A stretch of 64,000 bases of DNA from an uncultured delta proteobacterium (GTDB lineage Bacteria > Desulfobacterota > Syntrophorhabdia > Syntrophorhabdales > WCHB1-27): contig CAWEPK010000012.1 in assembly GCA_963810935.1 (NCBI GenBank), forward strand, positions 32,001 to 96,000. Reading direction: 5' to 3'. The first letter of the stretch is position 1. Every line of letters begins with the position of its first letter. The position numbers were made by a program, and so were the translations under genes. This document shows, one piece after another, positions 1-9,821 of this stretch. The notes beneath the pieces were generated by a model, which made no database searches, had not been told where the DNA came from, and was given only the letters and a program-made list of their open reading frames with translations.

Positions 1-1049
1 AGGACCATCTTGTCTTCGTACTTGAACGAGACATCGGACAGCTCTATCACGCCTTCGATCGGGGGCATCTTTACCGGGTCGGGCGTGTCGGTCACCTCCG
101 GCACGCGGTCCACTATCTCGAACACCCTCTGGGCCGCCGCAAGCCCCTGCTGGATATTGTGGTTCTCCTTGTTGAGCCGCTTGATCGGCTCATACAACAA
201 AAGGAGCGCGGTAGTGAAGGAGAAGAAGTTGCCTGGCGTCGATGTCCCGTTGATAACGGACGAGCCGCCGTACCAGATAATGAAGGAGACGGCGATGCCG
301 CCGAGCACCTCCATGACGGGCGACGACAGGGCCTTCACTTTATAGCGCTTCAGGACGATATGGAACAGGTACTCGTTCTCTTCCTCGAACTTGCCCTGCT
401 CGTACCGCTCCATCGTAAACGCCTTCACTATCCTCTGGCCCGTGATCGTCTCGTGGAGGAAGCTCGTCAGCCTGGCTATCGCCTTCTGGTTCTGCACGCT
501 GATCTTGCGCAGCCGCCTGCCGAATGCGATGATGGGGTACGTCGCGAAAGGAAGGATGATAAAGGCGATGATCGCCAGCTTCCAGTCCCGATAGAAAACA
601 ACAAATACGAGGCCGGCAATGGTAAATGCGTCCTTCAGGACTGCCGTGAAGGAGTCGGCCACCGCCCCCTGGACGAGGCCGATATCGTTCGTGATGCGGG
701 AGATGATCTGGCCCGTGGGCGTTTTGTCGAAGAAGGCGAGCGGCTGGGCCTGGAGGCGCCGGAAGACGAGGTTCCTTATATCGGTGATGATCTTCTGGCC
801 CACGAAGCCCATAAGATAAGACTGGAGGTAATCGAAAATGCCCTTCGAGAGGTAGAGGAGCGTGACGCCGAAGGGGATCAGCACCAGCAATGCGGCGTTC
901 TTCTCGAAGAAGATCTTGTCCATGACGGGCTTGACGAGGTAGGCGGTAAGCCCGTTCGTCGCCGCGACGAGGGACATGAATATCATGGCGAAGAGAAGCT
1001 TCACCCAGTAAGGCTTGACGAATTCGAGGAGTCGCAGGTAAAGTGCCAT
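1..1049 (-). CDS. msbA: Lipid A flippase / ABC exporter MsbA-like (3' end runs off the window)
   Basis: Manual translation from ATG at 1049: MALYLRLLEFVKPYWVKLLFAM..., multiple TM helices of an ABC exporter leading to ...IEGVIELSDVSFKYEDKMV; directly downstream of lpxB. Absent from the ORF track because it has no stop in the window. Confidence 0.85.
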   Translation of the reverse strand, partial: MALYLRLLEFVKPYWVKLLFAMIFMSLVAATNGLTAYLVKPVMDKIFFEKNAALLVLIPFGVTLLYLSKGIFDYLQSYLMGFVGQKIITDIRNLVFRRLQAQPLAFFDKTPTGQIISRITNDIGLVQGAVADSFTAVLKDAFTIAGLVFVVFYRDWKLAIIAFIILPFATYPIIAFGRRLRKISVQNQKAIARLTSFLHETITGQRIVKAFTMERYEQGKFEEENEYLFHIVLKRYKVKALSSPVMEVLGGIAVSFIIWYGGSSVINGTSTPGNFFSFTTALLLLYEPIKRLNKENHNIQQGLAAAQRVFEIVDRVPEVTDTPDPVKMPPIEGVIELSDVSFKYEDKMV

Positions 1050-1053
1050 GTTT

Positions 1054-2179
1054 TTATCCTATCAGGCGGAGGACTTCTTCGGCCGCGACGGAGTATGGGT
1101 CGCGGCCCGGAACGACGAGACGATTTCGCAGGTCCTCCATCTCTTTCCGCAGGCCGTACGTGTCATTATTTATCATAGAAAGCACTGTTTTGGCAATCCC
1201 TTCGGCGTCTGAAGACTGGATGAACTCGGGGTATACCTCGTGTCCGGCTATTACGTTAGGCAGGCTGATATGCTTGACGCGGATGACCATACGGGCGATC
1301 AGGTAAGAGATCAGCGATACCCTGTAGATGACGACCGACGGAACGCCGAGCACGGCAGCCTCCAGCGTTGCGCTGCCGGACGCCACGATGGCCGCCGCCG
1401 CATAGGCAAGGCAATCGTGCGAAAGCCCCCTGACGGGGATTATGAACGGCCTTCCGGCCAGAAAAGGCGCAAAGACGGCGTCGTCAAGACTTTCCGCCAC
1501 GGGAAGGAGGACCTTGAGGCGGCCTGTCCCGGCCCGCAGGCGGTCTACGACGTCTCCCAGCAGGGGCAGGTGCCTGTTTATCTCGTTCTGCCTGCTCCCC
1601 GGCATCACGGTGACTACGGTGTCTCTTTCAGCGATGCCGAAACGCCCGAAGAACTCTTCTTTCGTAAGAAGGGGTTTCACTGTGTGCGGGAACGGATGGC
1701 CCACGTACCTGACGGGGATATCGAAGCTCCGGTAAAGCTCCTCCTCGAAGGGCAGGATGCAAAGGACAAGGTCGATCCGCTCTTTTATCTGCTTTATCCG
1801 GCCGCTCCTCCACGCCCACACCTGGGGTGGGATGAAATAGACCGTAGGGATGGAGAGCTTCCTGGCAAGCGCGGCTACCTTCAGGTTGAAGCCGGGGAAA
1901 TCGACCAGTACGAGGAGGTCGGGCTTGTTAGCGGCGAGGCGCCGCCTGATGGTGCGATAAGCCCTCAATATGTGGGGCGCCTTCCCGAAGACCTCGCTTA
2001 CGCCTGTGATTGAGATGTCACGGTAATCGTGGATGATCTCGACGCCCGCCTCGGCAAGCCGCCCGCTGCCTATGCCGCTCCAGGCGATATCGGCCGATTC
2101 ATTCATCGCCCGGACGAGTCTGTGCTGCGTGCATCTCCCCCGAAAGCTCGCCCGCCACGATTACGGCCGTCCTGCTCAA
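1054..2179 (-). CDS. lpxB: Lipid-A-disaccharide synthase (one apparent frameshift near 2125)
   Basis: Motifs VDFPGFN, YFIPPQVWAW, ILPFE, VGHP, MPGSRQNE, ASGSATLE, SLPN. The N-terminal IVAGELSGEMHA motif lies in another frame, starting at TTG 2179 and overlapping the upstream TGA. Confidence 0.9.
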
Positions 2180-3123
2180 GGGCCTTTGCCCCCTGCATGC
2201 GGAAGGCTGCGCTCTATCTCGGCGCTTATATCGTTTGCCACGATCAGCGCGCGGAGCCCGTCCTCTCCGCTGACAACCGGCTCCGTCCCGTCTCTGACTG
2301 CCCGGACGAAGGCCCTAAGCTCGTCATTTACGGGGTCCGGCTTCGCCGCCCGCCATGTCTGCACTTTAGCTTTGCCGCCGCTGCGCCTTTCGGTAACGGT
2401 CATCTCCCCCGCCCCCAGGTCGAGCGAAAACCAGCGGCCTTCCTCGAGGACCCTGAAGACCCTTTCCCTCGCCATCGACACCCTGCTTGCATTCAGCGTC
2501 GCTACGCACCCGCCCGCGAACTCGATGCGGGCGTGGGCAACGTCGATCTTTTCCGTAAGAACGGGCGCCCCGCGGGCCGTCAGGCTCTTTATGTTGTCTT
2601 TTACCAGGGAAAGGACAAGGTCGATGTCATGGATCATCAGGTCGTGGACCACGTCTATATCCGTCGAGCGGCCCGTAAAGGGGCCGATGCGGTGGGCCTC
2701 TATGAGGAGCGGCTTTTTTATGACGGCCCTTGCCTTGCGGAACGGCGGGCTGAAACGCTCCAGGTGGCCTACCTGAAGCACGAGCCCCTTTTTGGCGGCA
2801 AGGTCGATCAGCTTCCTCGCCTCCGCAGGGTGGGCCGCAATCGGCTTCTCGATGAAGACGTGGACCCCGTTTTCCAGGAACTCCCTTGCGACCGCGTAAT
2901 GGGAATCGGTGGTCGATGCGATGACCGCTGCCTGCAGCCCATCCGCCAGGGCATTGCCGAAATGCTGGTCAGCGGCAACCCCGTGCTCTGCTGCGGCCGC
3001 CTCGGCAGCCGCCCTGTCCGCGTCCACAATGCACGAAAGTCTCACGTCCCTTATGGCGGCGAGCTTGCGGGCGTGGATCTTACCCATGTGGCCCGCCCCG
3101 ACAAGACATATCCTTAACGGCAT
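2176..3123 (-). CDS. Gfo/Idh/MocA family NAD-dependent oxidoreductase, GnnA-like
   Basis: GAGHMG Rossmann motif, FIEKP, VGHLERF, DLMIHDID; sits between lpxA and lpxB, as gnnA does. Confidence 0.8.
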   Translation of the reverse strand: MPLRICLVGAGHMGKIHARKLAAIRDVRLSCIVDADRAAAEAAAAEHGVAADQHFGNALADGLQAAVIASTTDSHYAVAREFLENGVHVFIEKPIAAHPAEARKLIDLAAKKGLVLQVGHLERFSPPFRKARAVIKKPLLIEAHRIGPFTGRSTDIDVVHDLMIHDIDLVLSLVKDNIKSLTARGAPVLTEKIDVAHARIEFAGGCVATLNASRVSMARERVFRVLEEGRWFSLDLGAGEMTVTERRSGGKAKVQTWRAAKPDPVNDELRAFVRAVRDGTEPVVSGEDGLRALIVANDISAEIERSLPHAGGKGP

Positions 3124-3878
3124 ATGCCCCTCTCGGAGGCGCGGATGAACGACACAAGCTCCTTTATGTGCTGCCCATCCAACTGTTTCTCGATAGTCTC
3201 AAGGGCTGCTTGCAGCGAAAGGGACGAGCGGAAAAGGAGGCGGTATGCCTTCTTCAGCGTCGCGATATCGTCTTTCGAGAAACCCCGCCTCTCCAGGCCG
3301 ACGACATTCAGCCCGTAAAGCGTAGCCCTGTTCCCTGCGGCCATAACGAAAGGAGGGACGTCCTTCGGCACGCCGGTGAGCCCGCTCACGAAGGCGTGCT
3401 TCCCTACTTTGCAGAATTGGTGGATTGCACAAAGACCCGAAAGTATGGCAAAGTCGTCAACGTGTACGTGGCCCGCCAGCGTCGCGCCGTTCGCCATGAT
3501 TACGCTGTTGCCGACAATGCAGTCGTGCGCGATGTGGCTGTACGCCATTATGAAATTGTTGCTTCCTACTACGGTCGCGCCGTCCCCTTTCGTGCCCCTG
3601 TTGATGGTCACGTATTCCCTGATGACGTTCTTATCCCCTACTGTGCAGGTCGTATTCTCATCTTTGTAGGTGATGTCCTGAGGAGGGCCGCCCAGGGAGA
3701 CGAAGGGATGGACCGTGCAGGAGCTTCCGAGCGTTGTCGCCCCCTGCACCGAAACATGGCTGATAAGTCTCGTGCCCGAACCTATCACGGCCTTTCCGCC
3801 GACAGTGCAGAAGGGGCCTATCTCCGCGTCGGCCGCTATTTGTGCTCCTTCTTCAACAATGGCCGTAGGGTGTATCAT
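3114..3878 (-). CDS. lpxA: UDP-N-acetylglucosamine O-acyltransferase
   Basis: Hexapeptide repeats, PQD, IREYVTINRGT, HIAHDC, HQF, DVPP, GLNVVGLERRGF. Confidence 0.95.
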   Translation of the reverse strand: MIHPTAIVEEGAQIAADAEIGPFCTVGGKAVIGSGTRLISHVSVQGATTLGSSCTVHPFVSLGGPPQDITYKDENTTCTVGDKNVIREYVTINRGTKGDGATVVGSNNFIMAYSHIAHDCIVGNSVIMANGATLAGHVHVDDFAILSGLCAIHQFCKVGKHAFVSGLTGVPKDVPPFVMAAGNRATLYGLNVVGLERRGFSKDDIATLKKAYRLLFRSSLSLQAALETIEKQLDGQHIKELVSFIRASERGICR

Positions 3879-4315
3879 AAACTCTCCTCATTCTGCTGGA
3901 GCACCGCCATAAGCTGCGCCTCAGCCACCTTCTTGTCGTCGACGAAGGCCTTCGCATCGAAAACCCACATTTCCCTTCTGTGCTTCACGACCTCCAGCAC
4001 AAGCTTCAACTGATCGCCGGGAATTACCGGCCGTCTGAACCTTGCCCCGTCGATGCCCACGAAGCGCACGTCGCCTTTCAGGTCGGGAAGCGACTTGAAG
4101 GCGAGGATGCCGCCTGTCTGCGCCAGGGCCTCGATAATGAGAACGCCCGGCATGATGGGCTTCCCCGGGAAATGGCCGGGAAAGAAAGGCTCGTTGAAGG
4201 TCACGTTCTTAAGACCCACGATCCGCTTTAACGGCTCGTATTCCGTGACACGGTCAACGAGAAGGAAGGGGAATGCGTGCGGCAGCAGCCTTTGTATCTC
4301 GTCGATCTCGATCAT
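3875..4315 (-). CDS. fabZ: 3-hydroxyacyl-ACP dehydratase
   Basis: LPH.FPFLLVDRV, KNVTFNEPFFPGHFP, MPGVLIIEALAQ. Confidence 0.95.
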   Translation of the reverse strand: MIEIDEIQRLLPHAFPFLLVDRVTEYEPLKRIVGLKNVTFNEPFFPGHFPGKPIMPGVLIIEALAQTGGILAFKSLPDLKGDVRFVGIDGARFRRPVIPGDQLKLVLEVVKHRREMWVFDAKAFVDDKKVAEAQLMAVLQQNEESL

Positions 4316-5340
4316 TCTTTATCGCCCTTGCGTACGATCTCTTCTAAACTGTGAATCCTCTCAAAAAGCTCCGGCAGCCGCTTCAGGGAGGCTTGCAGCC
4401 GCAGCCATTCGCGGTGCGGCAGATGGGGAGTGCCTGCGATTACGGATCCTGCCTTGACATCCTTCGTAATGCCCGTGCCGCCCGCAGCCATGACCCCGTC
4501 GCCTATCGTAACGTGGTCCCTCACCCCTACCTTGCCCCCAAGCACGACGTTTCTCCCCAGCGTGCTGCTCCCCGCTATCCCGACCTGGGACGCAAGGACC
4601 GAATGCTCCCCAATTAATACATTGTGCGCCACCATGACGAGGTTGTCTATCTTGGTCCCCTGCCCGATGGAGGTTTTGCCGAGTGAGCCCCTGTCTATGC
4701 AGGCATTGGCCCCTATCTCTACGTCGTCCCCGATTTCCAGCGTCCCGAGCTGGGGTATCTTTTTGTGGCGGCTTCCATCCCATACATAGCCGAAGCCGTC
4801 CGAGCCGAGGACCGCCCCCGCGTGGATCGTGACCCGTTTCCCTATGCGCGTCCCCGCGTAAACCGTTACGTTGGGGTAGATGACGGTGCCCGCCCCCACC
4901 TTTACACCCGCCCCGATGAAGCAGAACGGGTGGATGACGGCGTCTTCCTCTACGACTGCGCCGCTCTCTATGCACGCGTAGGGAAGGACCGCGGCCTGCA
5001 CGGAGATGACAGCGCCTGCGGCCACACGGGCATCCGGGCTGATGCCTCGCGGCACATCGCGCCGCTTCTCGAAAATAGCGGCGGCTTCCGCGTAAGCAAC
5101 TCCGGGGTTATCGACGAAGACCGCGTTCTTCCCGGTGAAGAGGGCGGGGTCGGTCCCCTTCCCCGCCACGATGGCCGTCGCTTCCGACGCCTCCACGAAT
5201 TTTTCGAAACCCTTGTTCAGCAGGAAGGCGACGTCTCCCTTGCGCGCCTCTTTTATAGCGGCTATGCCGGTAATGCCGGCTTCGCCGTCTCCGGCGAGGA
5301 TGCCCCCTATCTTCGCCGCTATCTCCCCAAGCCTAATCAT
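4312..5340 (-). CDS. lpxD: UDP-3-O-acylglucosamine N-acyltransferase
   Basis: GSDGFGY, KIPQLG, VEIGAN, KIDNLV.VAHNV; start placed at MIRLGEIA (ATG 5340), overlapping the skp stop. Confidence 0.95.
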   Translation of the reverse strand: MIRLGEIAAKIGGILAGDGEAGITGIAAIKEARKGDVAFLLNKGFEKFVEASEATAIVAGKGTDPALFTGKNAVFVDNPGVAYAEAAAIFEKRRDVPRGISPDARVAAGAVISVQAAVLPYACIESGAVVEEDAVIHPFCFIGAGVKVGAGTVIYPNVTVYAGTRIGKRVTIHAGAVLGSDGFGYVWDGSRHKKIPQLGTLEIGDDVEIGANACIDRGSLGKTSIGQGTKIDNLVMVAHNVLIGEHSVLASQVGIAGSSTLGRNVVLGGKVGVRDHVTIGDGVMAAGGTGITKDVKAGSVIAGTPHLPHREWLRLQASLKRLPELFERIHSLEEIVRKGDKE

Positions 5341-5951
5341 CTTTTGACAGGACCGGGGACCATTGAGGGCACCGGCGCGCGCGAAGCAGGCGTCTGCGCG
5401 GCCGGGGTCCCAGCCGGTCTCTTCTTGGCCCATTCATTATAAGCCGCGATCACCTTATCGGTAATATCAGAGGATTGCGCCGCGAAGAGTATGCCGCCCT
5501 GGCTCTTCTCCAATATCAGGGTATACTGTTCGGTAGTGCCCATCCCCTTTATGACCTCTTCGAGCTCCCTCAGAATCTTCTGGATGTACTCCTGGTCCTT
5601 CTGCTGCAGCTCGGACTGAAAGTCGTTAGTGATCCTCTGGTAGTCTTTGAGCTTAATCTGGTACTGTTTCTCTTTTTCCGCCCTGGCCTCCTGCGTTATC
5701 ATGGCCGACTGCTTTTCCAGGGAGTCCTTCATTTTCTGAAGCTCGTCCTGCCTTTGGCTGACTTCTTTCTTGCGCTTCTCCAGCTCATCGGCAAGCAGCT
5801 TCCGCGCTTCCTTGCCCTTCTCGGACTCTACCATTACCTTCTGCAGGTCTACGTATCCTATCCTGATCGCAGGCGTCTGCGCCTGAGCATGTCCCGCTAA
5901 AGGCGCAAGGACCAAAGCAAGCAAAGCCAACGAAACCGCACATACTCTCAT
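5337..5951 (-). CDS. skp: OmpH/Skp periplasmic chaperone
   Basis: Signal peptide, IGYVDLQKV, long coiled coil, DITDKVI; GGAGG RBS upstream of ATG 5951; between bamA and lpxD. Confidence 0.9.
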   Translation of the reverse strand: MRVCAVSLALLALVLAPLAGHAQAQTPAIRIGYVDLQKVMVESEKGKEARKLLADELEKRKKEVSQRQDELQKMKDSLEKQSAMITQEARAEKEKQYQIKLKDYQRITNDFQSELQQKDQEYIQKILRELEEVIKGMGTTEQYTLILEKSQGGILFAAQSSDITDKVIAAYNEWAKKRPAGTPAAQTPASRAPVPSMVPGPVKR

Positions 5952-5959
5952 AATTCCTC

Positions 5960-8206
5960 CTAAAATGGTCTGCCCATCGAAAAGTCGAAGACGTTGCTCT
6001 TCTCGCCCGGCTTCTTGTCCAGGTTGAAGCCCATCTCTACAGTAATGGGGCCCATGGGCGAGAACCACCGTATACCTATACCTGATGCCGGGCGCAATGA
6101 TTCAAAGAAATTGTTGCTGTTAAACCCTTTGCCGTAGTCAAAAAAGAGAAAACCCTTCAGACCCGCTGGCTTGTATATATTGAAAATCCACTCCGCGTTG
6201 AAATAAAGTTCGTTAAGCGAGCCTATGACATCGCCGGTCGTCGGGTCCAGCGGCCCGGCCGCGCCGTACTGGAAGCCCCTGACCGTCTGTATGCCGCCGA
6301 CGAAGAACCTTTCGTAAACGGGGACTATACTCCCCCCATAGCCCGTGAGATTCCCGGCCGTGCCCCTGAGGAAGAACGACGTGCCCCACTTGAAAGGAAA
6401 ATATTGTCCGTATGATACGACCGATTTGTAGAACTTGTTCTCGCCGCCCAGCAGGGTCGTTGCGTACTCGAACATTGCGGTGGCCACGGAACCCCTGCTG
6501 GGGTTCATTATGTCATCGATCGTATTCCTTACCAGGGAGACGTTCACGGCGCTCGTCGAGCTCGATCCCGCCTGGTCCTGGATGAACGTGCCTGCGTCGG
6601 ATTCTATGTTGTAAACTTTTATCGACTGGTACCTGTAGCCCAGGGAACCCCTGACGAACTCGCTCAGCGGACGGGAGACGCTGACGCCGCCGCCCGACCC
6701 TTTATAGTCATACGTACTGAAGATCCTTTGCGTATTGAAGATGTTATAACTGGTCGAAAAGTCCCGGTCGAAAGTATAGGGCTGGATAAAGCTCAGGTTG
6801 TAAAGGTGCGCTATTGAGCTGAGCGAGGCGGTCAGGAAGGCCGCGTTGCCCGTGCCCAGGATGTTCTGCTGGCTTATACTGCCGCTAAGTAACGCCTTTT
6901 CATACGTGCTGTAGCCGACGCCGAGGGAGATGGTCCCCGTCGGCTTCTCTTCGACAATAACGTCCAGGTTGATCCTGTCGGGGTCGTCCGTTTTGATCGT
7001 CTTCAGCTCTTCCGACTTGAAGAAGGTGCTGTTTCGGAGCCTCCTTTTGGTCCATTTCATCTTAGTCGATGAGTAAAGGTCGCCCTCGCCGAACCGGATC
7101 TCCCGCCTTATGACGTTCTCCTTCGTCTTTTCGTTGCCCATGATGTTGATGCGGTTGAAATAGACCTCGGAGCCCTTGGCTATATCGAACGTAAGGTTGA
7201 TCGTGGTGGTCTTGTCGTCAATCTCCGTCATGGGTGCGACATCGACGAAGGCATAGCCTTTGTCCTGGTACATGTCCGTCAGCATGTTGACGTCTTCATG
7301 AAAAAAGGTGGACCGGAACGTACTGTCCACTTTGCTTTTCAGCTTCTTCCTGACGATAGCGTCGTCGAAAATAAGATCGCCCTTTAAGCCGACGCTTGCG
7401 ATCTTGTAGAGTTTCCCTTCCACTAGTGATATCGCTATGGCGATCGACTGCCCGTCCGGCGAAACGGTTACTACCGGCCGGTCCACCTTAACCCTGACGT
7501 AGCCGTAATCGTGGTACAAGGCCTCAATATTCTTCCTGTCTTCCTCGAGCACCTCTTCGTCGAGTATGCCCGACCCCGTAAACCACGAGAGCCACCCCTT
7601 CTCAGCCGTCCGCATGATCCCTGTGATGGCGCTCTTCTTGAGGTGCTTGTTGCCCGTGATCGTTACCTTGCGCACGTAAGCCCTGGCCGGTTCTTCTATG
7701 ACGAACCGCACTTCCGCCTTGTAGCCCTTCTCCGTATCGATCTCGGAGCCGACCTTGATAGCGTAATAGCCCTTCCCCAGGTATAATTTCTTGATCTCCT
7801 CAACGCTTTCCTTAACCTTCTCGATGTTGAGGACAGCCCCGGATTTTATCTTCAGCTTATCCCGTATATCCGGGGTCTTCACCTTCTTGTTCCCCGCTAT
7901 GAAGATCGCGCTGATAGGGGGCCTCTCCACGACTACGAACGTCAGGACCTTTCCCCTATCGGTATCTTTGACGTCCACCATAACGTCGCTGAAGAAACCC
8001 GTTTTGTATATATTCTTGAGGTCTTCTCCGGCCTTGGCGGCGTCGTAGACCTCTCCCTCTTTGGTTTTAACAGCGTTCAGGACCACTCCCCTGTCGATCC
8101 TCTCGTTTCCTATTACCTCAACCTTTGCGACCTTCTCATTCTCCGCTGCCAAAAGCAGGCTGGAAGAGATGCAGCAAAACACGAGGAAAAAAAGCAGTAT
8201 TCTCAT
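5960..8206 (-). CDS. bamA: Outer membrane protein assembly factor BamA
   Basis: Signal peptide, POTRA repeats (V.V.GN...), EEKPTG barrel start, VRGF loop-6 motif, W.SPMGP, terminal Phe. Confidence 0.95.
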   Translation of the reverse strand: MRILLFFLVFCCISSSLLLAAENEKVAKVEVIGNERIDRGVVLNAVKTKEGEVYDAAKAGEDLKNIYKTGFFSDVMVDVKDTDRGKVLTFVVVERPPISAIFIAGNKKVKTPDIRDKLKIKSGAVLNIEKVKESVEEIKKLYLGKGYYAIKVGSEIDTEKGYKAEVRFVIEEPARAYVRKVTITGNKHLKKSAITGIMRTAEKGWLSWFTGSGILDEEVLEEDRKNIEALYHDYGYVRVKVDRPVVTVSPDGQSIAIAISLVEGKLYKIASVGLKGDLIFDDAIVRKKLKSKVDSTFRSTFFHEDVNMLTDMYQDKGYAFVDVAPMTEIDDKTTTINLTFDIAKGSEVYFNRINIMGNEKTKENVIRREIRFGEGDLYSSTKMKWTKRRLRNSTFFKSEELKTIKTDDPDRINLDVIVEEKPTGTISLGVGYSTYEKALLSGSISQQNILGTGNAAFLTASLSSIAHLYNLSFIQPYTFDRDFSTSYNIFNTQRIFSTYDYKGSGGGVSVSRPLSEFVRGSLGYRYQSIKVYNIESDAGTFIQDQAGSSSTSAVNVSLVRNTIDDIMNPSRGSVATAMFEYATTLLGGENKFYKSVVSYGQYFPFKWGTSFFLRGTAGNLTGYGGSIVPVYERFFVGGIQTVRGFQYGAAGPLDPTTGDVIGSLNELYFNAEWIFNIYKPAGLKGFLFFDYGKGFNSNNFFESLRPASGIGIRWFSPMGPITVEMGFNLDKKPGEKSNVFDFSMGRPF

Positions 8207-8488
8207 TCAGATAGGAAAACTAACAAATAAAGGGGGAATTGTAAAGGTAAAAAGGTCACGTTCTATCAATACGGGCAAGGCGCGCCCGCTTCTCCTTTTT
8301 TGGCCATGAAACCGGCCGGGTAATTGCATTGCTGGTTTCAGCCGAATATAACTCTGGCGACCAGTAGTACTACCATTCATCCGCCTGCGTTTCAAGCAAA
8401 ATGCGACCGGCGCCGCTTGCACGGCCGTGGAAGCGCCATTAAAGTTACAAAAAAGGACGAATCTATCGCCGGACGGAGGGAGGGACCG

Positions 8489-8923
8489 ATGACAAACGTT
8501 AAGGAACTCCAGGAGCAGATCGTATCAGGGATGAAACGGTGGGAGAAAATCGAGGATACTGCCCTCGCCTCCGCCTCGAAAATCATCGAAAAGAGCGATA
8601 ATCCTTTTATCCGCCTCGTTATGGAGATTATCCGCCATGACACCGAGATGCACCGCACGGTGCAGGAATGGGTGGCCCGGAGCATCGCAGACGGCGCGGC
8701 CGAGCTGAGCTACGATGACATGGCCCGGGTATGGGAGCACGTCGAGCGGCACATGGAAATGGAGCGGCAGATGACGGCCATGGTCGATGAGATGCTCTCG
8801 ACGGTCGCCGGCAAGCGGATGGTCATGCAGGAGTATCTCCTCAACTTCCTGCTCGAAGACGAAGCCAAGCACGCCCATCTACTGGAACGCCTGGAAAAGA
8901 TAAAGCTGGGCCTCTTGCCCTGA
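8489..8923 (+). CDS. Small ferritin-like four-helix protein (hypothetical)
   Basis: GGAGGGAGG RBS before ATG 8489; helical 144 aa with two D/E-x-x-H-type motifs (DTEMH, DEAKH). Confidence 0.55.
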   Translation: MTNVKELQEQIVSGMKRWEKIEDTALASASKIIEKSDNPFIRLVMEIIRHDTEMHRTVQEWVARSIADGAAELSYDDMARVWEHVERHMEMERQMTAMVDEMLSTVAGKRMVMQEYLLNFLLEDEAKHAHLLERLEKIKLGLLP

Positions 8924-8975
8924 TCCGCTTCATACTTATTTCGTTCCGAGAGAGGTAACAAGTGAAGAAAAGCAG

Positions 8976-9047
8976 AGCCGACGCGGGGATTTGAACCCCG
9001 GACCTGCTGATTACGAATCAGCTGCTCTACCACTGAGCTACGTCGGC
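8976..9047 (-). tRNA. tRNA-Thr (anticodon CGT), CCA not encoded
   Basis: Reverse complement GCCGACG TA GCTC AGTGGTA GAGC A GCTGA TT CGT AA TCAGC AGGTC CGGGG TTCAAAT CCCCG CGTCGGC T folds into a complete cloverleaf. Confidence 0.97.
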
Positions 9048-9183
9048 GCGGTAGGTTAATTATATAGCATAGACGGCCCTTTTCAAGCAACATTGTTTTT
9101 GCCCCGCTTCTTTGCGTCCTCAGGTCGAGAATAAAAGGCATGCTTCGGAAGTCCGGTGACGAACAGGGACGCCGACCCCGGCG

Positions 9184-9681
9184 TTATCTCTGCGGAGGCG
9201 GCGGAGGGGGCGGAGGCGGTCCGACCGTGGGATAACTTTGGGCCATCACGCCCGGCACCTGGTTCCCCTTCGCGTACATGCACTGCGTGTAAGCGTTATC
9301 GTATTGCCTCTGGAGCGCAGACGTGACCGACTGTGACCGGTTGCCGCCGACGGCCGCACCCCCGACAAGTCCGGTAGCCCCGCCGATGGCCGCGCCGGCG
9401 CCCACGTTCCCGGTGGCTGCGCCTATGCCTGCGCCGAGGCCCGCGCCAAGGAGGGTCCCCACAATTGCGCTGCCGACCCCGGCCCTGTTGCCTGCTTCAC
9501 TGGGCGATTCCTTGGCCTGCTGGGTTGCCCACTGGCGGCAGACGGCGTCGTCGGCCTGGAAGACGTCGAAGGGCTTGCCCTGGCCGGGCATGACCATAAC
9601 GCTTGGGCCGGTAGGGACGGTCGTGCAGGCACCGAGCACAGCAGCGGCCATCAGCAACGCGAATACCCGCATCGGGATCAT
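9184..9681 (-). CDS. Glycine-zipper lipoprotein with poly-Pro tail
   Basis: Lipobox LGAC, Gly-zipper GTLLGAGLGAGIGAATG..GAAIGG, CMYAKG, terminal run of 9 Pro; GGAGGTGAGGAG RBS. Confidence 0.75.
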   Translation of the reverse strand: MIPMRVFALLMAAAVLGACTTVPTGPSVMVMPGQGKPFDVFQADDAVCRQWATQQAKESPSEAGNRAGVGSAIVGTLLGAGLGAGIGAATGNVGAGAAIGGATGLVGGAAVGGNRSQSVTSALQRQYDNAYTQCMYAKGNQVPGVMAQSYPTVGPPPPPPPPPQR

Positions 9682-9821
9682 CTCCTCACCTCCCTGTTAT
9701 TCGAGTGCTTTTCTAGAACATAAGGCCGGTGTTCAGGTCACGTCAATCGGATATCGTCGCTGCCGGACTCGCACCGCCCGTATCCTTGCAGAAGGAATAG
9801 ATCGTTGACATAATATTCAGC

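Noticed and set aside
159..1178. Long + strand ORF (339 aa), representative of many long antisense ORFs such as 17962..19425, 22068..23849, 47540..48676 and 61876..62871
   Set aside because: They lie opposite clearly identified genes, have Arg/Ala/Pro-biased composition with no motifs, and are expected shadows in high-GC coding DNA.
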